Of a stretch of DNA of 64,000 bases, positions 10,144 through 16,667 are shown piece after piece. Every line of letters starts with the position of its first letter. The first letter of the stretch is position 1. This stretch comes from Candidatus Babeliales bacterium (GTDB lineage: Bacteria > Babelota > Babeliae > Babelales > JANWKD01). Made by a program: the position numbers and the translations under genes. The stretch is from contig CAVXJH010000006.1 in the NCBI GenBank assembly GCA_963762115.1, forward strand, positions 384,001 through 448,000. Direction: 5' to 3'. The notes beneath the pieces are model-generated. The model searched no databases. It was given only the letters and a program-made list of their open reading frames with translations, and had not been told where the DNA came from.

Positions 10144-10196
10144 TGTCATTGCGAGGCACATTGTGCCGTGGCAACCCAGCTTATGAAATTCTTTTT
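10144..10196 (+). repeat. Module A palindromic arm
   Basis: TGTCATTGCGAGGCACATTGTGCCGTGGCAACCCAGCTTATGAAATTCTTTTT. Confidence 0.85.
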
Positions 10197-10336
10197 ATTT
10201 TTCCAATTTAAGATCGAATTTTTTTATTTTTAATATCATTCGGCCCTATGCGGGCAGCACAAAGGTATTGTTTGCCCAATACCTTTGATACAAGGGCCCC
10301 AACGTTCCGTTGGATCAAATCTCCCGCGCGTATATG

Positions 10337-11798
10337 CTACTCTTTACCCACATTTTTACTATAATTAACGAGATACAGAATTAATATATCAAAAAAAGAA
10401 AAGTAAAAAATGATTAAAGAATTGTGGGCAGCAAATGAAACTAATCGTATGTCATTAAAAGATAAACGCAGAAATGAAAGAGTTAGAATACTTCTAGAGG
10501 CAGTTGCCGATAGCCCATCAGCAAGCATTTTACAAGCTTGCAACGGAGAAAATGCACAAGCAAAAGGTGCTTACCGTTTTCTTGCCACAACAGAAATTGA
10601 TGAACAAGATATTCTCGAAGGACATTATCAAGCAACCGTCGAAAGAGCTGAAAATGCTGATGGAAAAGTCATTATCGTTAGCGATGGCATGGATGCATCT
10701 TTTAAGAATCTTAAAAAAACTGAGGGACTAGGAACTCTCTCTAATTCAAAAACTTCACTTGGAATAAAGGTTCAAAATACCTATGTATTTAGTGAAAATT
10801 TTATTCCATTAGGTTTAATAAATCAAAAATATTGGGTACGTAATAAAGAAGATTATGGCAAAAAAAAACATAGGCTAAGGCTGCCTACAATAGAAAAAGA
10901 ATCTTATAATTGGGTTGAATCAATTTATCAAATAGAAAAAAAGCTTTCCTTAAATAAAAGCTATCTATTTATAGGTGATGGTGGTGCAGATATTTATGAT
11001 TTACTGATAGCAGAAAGGCGTGTAAATAGCGATTTACTCATTCATCTTGTGCAGAACAGAAATATACAGAATGAGAAGGAGCGTCTTTTTGAATTACTGG
11101 AAAAACAATCAGTACTAGGCGTTATAACGAAAGAATTAGAACGTACAAAAACTCATTCTAAGAGAACTGCAAAATTAGCAATTAGAGTCAAAGAAGTTGA
11201 AATTTGTCCTCCTCTTAATCGAAAAGACAAAAAATTATCAACCATAAATTTAACAGCAATTTATGTACAAGAAATAGAAAATGACAAAACAATAAATGAT
11301 CCAATAGTATGGCGACTTATTACTACGATTAAAATTCAATCATTGGAAGAAGCTGAAAAGCTTATTGCTCTTTACTCAAAACGTTGGCTCATTGAACGTT
11401 ATCACTATATTTTAAAAGAAGGTTGTCGAATAGAAAAATTTCAAATGGAATCGGTTGATAATCTAAAAAGAACCTTAGCTGTTTACTCAATTGCTGCTTG
11501 GCGTTTAATTTATATCACTTATCTTGCAAGAATTAAACCTGATGCCCCATGTAATTTAATTCTTACAATCGATGAAGCTGATGCGTTATATTGCACACAT
11601 CATAAAACTCTTACATTGCCCCCCAAATCTTTTTCTGTTAAAGAAGCAACTCAAATGATAGCAAAATTAGGAGGTTTTCTTGGCAGAAAAAATGATAAGG
11701 ATCCTGGTGCAAAAGTTTTGTGGCAGGGACTATTTCGGCTAGAAGCCATCACACAAGCTTATCTTTTATTTAAAGAACTAAATGTGGGTAAAGGGTAG
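10337..11798 (+). mobile_element. IS4-family insertion sequence (Tn5/IS50-like transposase), 1462 bp, apparently intact
   Basis: 19-bp TIRs CTACTCTTTACCCACATTT / AAATGTGGGTAAAGGGTAG (1 mismatch); 10-bp TSD CGCGTATATG at 10327-10336 and 11799-11808. Confidence 0.95.
10410..11798 (+). CDS. IS4-family DDE transposase
   Basis: Tn5-like N-terminus (LKDKRRNERV, KGAYRFL), VSDG, IGDGGAD, YSKRWLIERYHYILK, LGGFLGRKNDKDPG; stop codon lies inside the right TIR. Confidence 0.95.
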   Translation: MIKELWAANETNRMSLKDKRRNERVRILLEAVADSPSASILQACNGENAQAKGAYRFLATTEIDEQDILEGHYQATVERAENADGKVIIVSDGMDASFKNLKKTEGLGTLSNSKTSLGIKVQNTYVFSENFIPLGLINQKYWVRNKEDYGKKKHRLRLPTIEKESYNWVESIYQIEKKLSLNKSYLFIGDGGADIYDLLIAERRVNSDLLIHLVQNRNIQNEKERLFELLEKQSVLGVITKELERTKTHSKRTAKLAIRVKEVEICPPLNRKDKKLSTINLTAIYVQEIENDKTINDPIVWRLITTIKIQSLEEAEKLIALYSKRWLIERYHYILKEGCRIEKFQMESVDNLKRTLAVYSIAAWRLIYITYLARIKPDAPCNLILTIDEADALYCTHHKTLTLPPKSFSVKEATQMIAKLGGFLGRKNDKDPGAKVLWQGLFRLEAITQAYLLFKELNVGKG

Positions 11799-11947
11799 CG
11801 CGTATATGCACCACACATCATGATGCTGCGCATCATTCTTTCGGGTGCACAACGCACTACCGGACTAACTTATTTATAAATTTTTTATTGTGTGACTTCT
11901 CTAAATAACGTGAACTTGATGTTCAAAATGAGCAAAATAATCACCGC

Positions 11948-11995
11948 TGTCATTGCGAGCGCATGCGTGGCAACCCAGCTTATAAAATTCTTTTT
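11948..11995 (+). repeat. Module A palindromic arm (shorter inner hairpin)
   Basis: TGTCATTGCGAGCGCATGCGTGGCAACCCAGCTTATAAAATTCTTTTT, abutting the Sel1 gene stop. Confidence 0.85.
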
Positions 11996-11997
11996 AT

Positions 11998-12792
11998 TTA
12001 AATCTTCGAATCAGTTTCTTTAAAGTTCTGATTATTAGTAATCGAGTTGCAAATTGTTGTACTATTTCTTTCATCTTGATAAATAGTATCTAATTTCTTT
12101 TGTGCCAAAAGATAATTTTTTGCAGCCGCAAGTGAATAATAATGTTTTGCTTTTTCTATATCGCCTATATTTTGATAATACTCCCAAAGAGCAAATAAAG
12201 CTGAAGTTTCACCTTGATTAGCAGCAAGTGAATAATTACGTATTGCTTCTTCTATATTTCCCTCTTTGAAATTAAGCACCCCTAAATTATATTGTCCAAT
12301 AGGATAACCTTGATTAGCAGCAAGGGAATAATAATGCTTCGCTTTTTCTGTATCCCCTTTTTGAGAATACAGTATTCCTTGGTTAACTTGACACCATGGA
12401 TCATTTGGGTCGAGTGTAAAATAATCAGCATCATCATTGTCAAAAAGAGGTTCTACTGATCTCCAAATTAGCCATGCAGTAAGTGCAGTAAATACCACCC
12501 CAAAATTACGCTTATTAATTAAATTAACTTGATTTGATGCCGTAGTTACGATAGTTGAAGTAATCGGATTTTGGCTCAATGATTTATTTCTTTGATTCGT
12601 CGCAAAAATTTCTTTTTTTGTTAAGTACTCGTTTGAGTGTATTGAAGATAGTGGTAAAGTATGGCGAAGCAATGCTGGTCGAAAGTTGCTTTTAAGGGAG
12701 GATTTAGTGACATCTTTTGATTTATGCATAGCATCTAACTGCTCAGAAATCAAAAAAATTACAGTAAGTAAAAAAAACAACCTTCTTTTCAT
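11998..12792 (-). CDS. Secreted Sel1-repeat protein (LDA-MH motif) with an internal TM segment
   Basis: Three repeats such as EKAKHYYSLAANQG and GQYNLGVL; N-terminal signal peptide. Confidence 0.85.
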   Translation of the reverse strand: MKRRLFFLLTVIFLISEQLDAMHKSKDVTKSSLKSNFRPALLRHTLPLSSIHSNEYLTKKEIFATNQRNKSLSQNPITSTIVTTASNQVNLINKRNFGVVFTALTAWLIWRSVEPLFDNDDADYFTLDPNDPWCQVNQGILYSQKGDTEKAKHYYSLAANQGYPIGQYNLGVLNFKEGNIEEAIRNYSLAANQGETSALFALWEYYQNIGDIEKAKHYYSLAAAKNYLLAQKKLDTIYQDERNSTTICNSITNNQNFKETDSKI

Positions 12793-12922
12793 TTAAACTC
12801 CTGAAGAATTAATTTGACATAATATTGTTTGTAAATATTTTTTAATATAAAGCGCGTTCAGATTATAATCATATACGGCTAATTTGCAAGATATTAGTCT
12901 GAATCTAAGATTGAATCTATTA

Positions 12923-13087
12923 ATAAATAAGTTAGTCCGGTAGTGCGTTGTGCACCCGAAAGAATGATGCGCAGCATCATGATGTGTGGTGCATATACGC
13001 GCGGGAAAATGATCCAACGGAACGTTGGTGCCCTTGTATCAAATGTATTGGGCACGCAATACATTTGTGCTTGGCCCGCATAGGGCC
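12923..13087. repeat. Structured repeat (modules C+B), copy 2, uninterrupted, inverted relative to copy 1
   Basis: ATAAATAAGTTAGTCCGGTAGTGCGTTGTGCACC...GGTGCATATACGCGCGGG...GCCCGCATAGGGCC. Confidence 0.9.
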
Positions 13088-13147
13088 TATTTTTTATAAA
13101 TATTTATTTGCAAATCAACTTGATGTTAATCCTGCAGCAGTAGCTTT

Positions 13148-13879
13148 CTATGCTTGTGATTGGCTGATAATAAACAACAAAATCCCAGCAGCAACAGAAG
13201 CATTATAGGAAATATCAGGTGAGCGTTGAGGTAAGGTAATGAGTGTGCCTGTGTTATGAATTTCACGAGAAATTCCTAAAGCCTCACTGCCAATAACCAA
13301 ACACAACGGTTTTTGATACTGAACCTGTGTAGCATTTTTGCCGTTATCAACAACTGATAAATATATTGAATACCCAGCTTTTTTTAATTCTTGAGCAGCC
13401 ATGGAAGCTGAAGGGGCCATATAAATTTCCACATGTTCAGCAAGCCCTGCAGAGGATTTGATGGCACTTGCATTGAGCGGTGCACCATGTTTGGTGATCA
13501 TAATAACGCCATCAACACCGGTGCAATACCCTGAACGCAAAATTGCCCCTAAATTCCTGACATCTTGGATGCCATCAAGCATAAGAAGGAATTTTTCTCG
13601 TGTTGGATCAAAGAACTTTTTGCGGATGACAAAAGGTGAGGCATAGGCAACGATGCCTTGATGATCGGTGGTGTTTGCCAATTTATGCAAAACTTCACGA
13701 TCAACATATTGAATCTGTATGCCTTTTGGGAGGAGTTTTTCTATCTCCTGAAAGCCTTTTGGTGTTGGTCTTGTAGTGTATAAGATGACCAAACGACGTC
13801 TTTTTGCCTTGAGGAGCTCTAAAATGGGGTGAATGCCAAAAATAAGTTCATTATCTTTGTATTGTATTTGTTTTTTCAT
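13148..13879 (-). CDS. rlmB: TrmH/SpoU-family RNA 2'-O-methyltransferase, RlmB-like
   Basis: IFGIHPI, HQGIVA, LDGIQDVRNLGAILRS, VIGSEALG, SYNASVAAGI. Confidence 0.88.
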   Translation of the reverse strand: MKKQIQYKDNELIFGIHPILELLKAKRRRLVILYTTRPTPKGFQEIEKLLPKGIQIQYVDREVLHKLANTTDHQGIVAYASPFVIRKKFFDPTREKFLLMLDGIQDVRNLGAILRSGYCTGVDGVIMITKHGAPLNASAIKSSAGLAEHVEIYMAPSASMAAQELKKAGYSIYLSVVDNGKNATQVQYQKPLCLVIGSEALGISREIHNTGTLITLPQRSPDISYNASVAAGILLFIISQSQA

Positions 13880-14071
13880 AGGTATAAGTATATAAAATAC
13901 TGATCAAATAAGCAAAACATAGTAAATTTTCTTTATAGAGGTTTTTTATGGGTATTTGTCGAATTTTTATAAAAATGCAAGGTATGTCCCATTGAAAATG
14001 ATGTGCTATTTTGTTACCATTATCTAGTAAGAAAAAATATAATAATTATTCCTTTTGCAAAGGAGGATTTT

Positions 14072-14680
14072 ATGCAAAAACAAATTCACTTTTCAACAAA
14101 AGTTTTAATGCTTATCGCTTCTTTGATGGGCACACAAATGGTGCGTTCAGATTTTGGTCTTGATGGTGCGTTGCAAGAGATGACGCGTTCTGTTGAAAAA
14201 ATTCAAAAGAAGTTCACCAAAATAAACAACTCAATGCATACAAGCATGAATAATTTTATGCAAGGAGCTTTTTCAGCGCAAGTTGGCACGCTTACTATTG
14301 CAACGCAAGATGCTCATGTTGTTATTACGGTTGCTATGAACGATCTTGATAAAGATTCAATTAAGGCAGTAGTTCATAATAATGTCTTAACCATTAATGC
14401 GCGCAATAAGCAAACTGAAATGGAACTTGTTGTTGATGCTCATTCGGCAAAATTGAATATGCAGCAAAAAGTTGAAGTGGCATCAGAAGAAGTGGATAAG
14501 AATGGCGATAAGAAATCTTCACGTGTTTCTTTTAGTTCACAACAAAATAGGCAATCGTTACCTGTTGAAGTTGGCCTTAGTGATGTTGCTGTTGAATATG
14601 AAAATGGTGTTTTAACCGTTAAGCTTTCTCGTGTTGAGCCGGTTGTTTCGCCAAAAGTTATTCAAGTAATTAAGAAATAA
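14072..14680 (+). CDS. Hsp20/alpha-crystallin family protein with an N-terminal signal peptide
   Basis: AGGAGG RBS; DKDSIKAVVHNNVLTI and AVEYENGVLTVKL...KVIQVI. Confidence 0.75.
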   Translation: MQKQIHFSTKVLMLIASLMGTQMVRSDFGLDGALQEMTRSVEKIQKKFTKINNSMHTSMNNFMQGAFSAQVGTLTIATQDAHVVITVAMNDLDKDSIKAVVHNNVLTINARNKQTEMELVVDAHSAKLNMQQKVEVASEEVDKNGDKKSSRVSFSSQQNRQSLPVEVGLSDVAVEYENGVLTVKLSRVEPVVSPKVIQVIKK

Positions 14681-14710
14681 TCAAAAAAATAATGTGTAGG
14701 GACTGCATTA

Positions 14711-15376
14711 ATGTATATTCTTGAAGGCAATATTGGTGCAGGTAAATCAACCTTTTTAAAATTGCTTGCACAAAATATTTCAGCTATTTCCGTTGGATTT
14801 GAACCGTTGCATAATTGGCAAAGTAAGGTGCATGGGCAATCTTTATTGAGCAATTTCTATGAAAAGCCACAGCGATGGGCTTATAGCCTTGAGACCTTTG
14901 CTATGATTTGCCGTGTTTATGAACATCTCAAAGATCAAGAATATGAACATGATATTATTATTGAACGTTCAATTTATTCGGGCCATTATGTTTTTGCGGT
15001 TAATGGGTATGAACAAGGTTTTATGAGTGATATTGAATGGCATATGTATAATCAATGGTTTAATGCACTCGTCTCAACACATTGCAAAAAACCTCAAGGG
15101 TTCATCTATTTGCGCGTTGATCCTGCTATTGCCTATAAACGAATTAAGAAACGGAATCGTTTAGCGGAAAAAAAAATTACCTTGGCGTATCTTAAACAAA
15201 TTCATGCATGCCATGAAAAGTTTTTACGAGAAAAAGTTGGTATTTTGTCTGAACTTACTTCTGTCCCTGTTTTGATACTCGATTGTAACGAAGATTTTGA
15301 GAATGATGAACGTGTTTTACAATCACATCTTGATCTTGTCAAAGATTTTGTTATAAAAAGTAATCTTATAGTTTAG
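14711..15376 (+). CDS. Deoxynucleoside kinase (dAK/dGK family)
   Basis: EGNIGAGKST P-loop, ERSIYS, IYLRVDP...RIKKRNR lid. Confidence 0.92.
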   Translation: MYILEGNIGAGKSTFLKLLAQNISAISVGFEPLHNWQSKVHGQSLLSNFYEKPQRWAYSLETFAMICRVYEHLKDQEYEHDIIIERSIYSGHYVFAVNGYEQGFMSDIEWHMYNQWFNALVSTHCKKPQGFIYLRVDPAIAYKRIKKRNRLAEKKITLAYLKQIHACHEKFLREKVGILSELTSVPVLILDCNEDFENDERVLQSHLDLVKDFVIKSNLIV

Positions 15377-15869
15377 CATTCCCATTTATTTTAGCTTTTT
15401 TATTTCTTTTTTGGGCATTAATGGTGATGGCAATAGTTATTCCGTCAACAGGCATTTTTTTTGTATAGGCAAAAAGTGGCTTTTTTTGCATAAGTTCTGG
15501 GTATGTTTCGGTGAGAATGTTTTGTACTATTCTTTGTTTTTTTGGATTATTAACCAGTATTCGGCAACGGGTGATATCACCACAAGTCATGCCATTATTT
15601 TTGAGTTCTTGCAAAGCTGATTTTACCACTTCATGCGTTTGTGTTTCAGTGGTTTTATGTTTTTCTTCTACGACAAATACTGGTGTTTTAATAAATTCTA
15701 TCTTTTTACCGTATTCTGTTGTGGTTTCAGTCATAAGATTTGCAAATCTTTTCTCTAAGGAAATTAATATTTTTTCGGCCAAATCATATATAGGTCCTGA
15801 ATCCATCCCAAATAGTGCAGTAGGCATTATTGCGACTAAAAGAAAAAATGATAGGTGAAATTTATTCAT
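15366..15869 (-). CDS. Secreted orphan (LFG-MD motif) with a possible degenerate RidA/YjgF fold
   Basis: Signal peptide; QTHEVVKSALQELKNNGMTCGDITRCRILV resembles the RidA core pattern. Confidence 0.55.
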   Translation of the reverse strand: MNKFHLSFFLLVAIMPTALFGMDSGPIYDLAEKILISLEKRFANLMTETTTEYGKKIEFIKTPVFVVEEKHKTTETQTHEVVKSALQELKNNGMTCGDITRCRILVNNPKKQRIVQNILTETYPELMQKKPLFAYTKKMPVDGITIAITINAQKRNKKAKINGNAKL

Positions 15870-16051
15870 AATCTAGCCTTATTGGTTTAAATAATTAATT
15901 TAATTTGTAATTAATTGTTGATAATAAGTATGCCAGGTTTAAAAAAAATGTAAAACGGGGTTTTTCCAAGCAGTTTTTGCAATTTTTTTTTTGATCGTAG
16001 TATGATGATGAAAAATATTTTTTTAAAATTTTCATCTAAAAGGAGTTGCGT

Positions 16052-16564
16052 ATGTGGTTCATTCTTTTGTGTCTAGCGGGACTTTTTATGAATGCTCAGG
16101 CAATGGAAAATGAAGAAGGAAAAAAGTTTGGAAATGCTCCGGTTAAAACATATTTGCAAGAATGTGGTAAAAAAGATTTAAAAAAAGATGGGTTATGTCG
16201 TTATGTTTCAAGTAAGGGGGTCACCATTTCTGCACGGAAACAGGGGGCTACCATAAAATTGACAACTAAAATCCACAAGGCAACTGATACTGCAAGTGAA
16301 CCTGAATTTGGTAATGCTAAAGCCGATAATGATGCATTAGGTTATTCACTTGTTGGTTTACGGGCTTTAATGCATGCATATCGCAATAATGATAATCCTG
16401 ATAGAAAAACAGAGTGCACAACAAGGCATTCTTTGTATGTTGAAAAATATTCTGGGCGGACGCAAAGCTATTCTGATCGAGAATGTGTCACCTATATTTC
16501 TGCTAAAAAAGTATATAAGTTAAATGGTGTTAAAAAGAAAAAAGATTATGGAATTGGTGAGTAG
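16052..16564 (+). CDS. Secreted basic orphan protein (AQA-ME motif)
   Basis: AGGAG RBS; MWFILLCLAGLFMNAQA-ME. Confidence 0.7.
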   Translation: MWFILLCLAGLFMNAQAMENEEGKKFGNAPVKTYLQECGKKDLKKDGLCRYVSSKGVTISARKQGATIKLTTKIHKATDTASEPEFGNAKADNDALGYSLVGLRALMHAYRNNDNPDRKTECTTRHSLYVEKYSGRTQSYSDRECVTYISAKKVYKLNGVKKKKDYGIGE

Positions 16565-16620
16565 ATGTTGTCTTAATTCAGGTAATCATTCAAGAGAAGA
16601 TTGATCTTATATTTTTTAAA

Positions 16621-16655
16621 AATTAAGTAGGAGCATTTTAAACTCCTACTTAATT
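16621..16655. terminator. Hairpin terminator between convergent genes
   Basis: AATTAAGTAGGAG-loop-CTCCTACTTAATT. Confidence 0.65.
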
Positions 16656-16667
16656 AAAATCAAATGA

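Larger units (their letters stand above)
10240..11877. repeat. Structured repeat (modules B+C, ~165 bp), copy 1, split by the IS4 insertion
   Basis: 10240-10336 plus 11809-11877 reconstitute a near-identical reverse complement of 12923-13087. Confidence 0.9.

Noticed and set aside
12943..13087. Group II intron remnant (begins GTGCG)
   Set aside because: No domain V/VI in that orientation, far too short, and no reverse transcriptase nearby
12793..13208. ORFs 12793-13017 and 12948-13208
   Set aside because: They run through the GC-rich structured repeat, lack an RBS and recognisable motifs, and are treated as shadow ORFs
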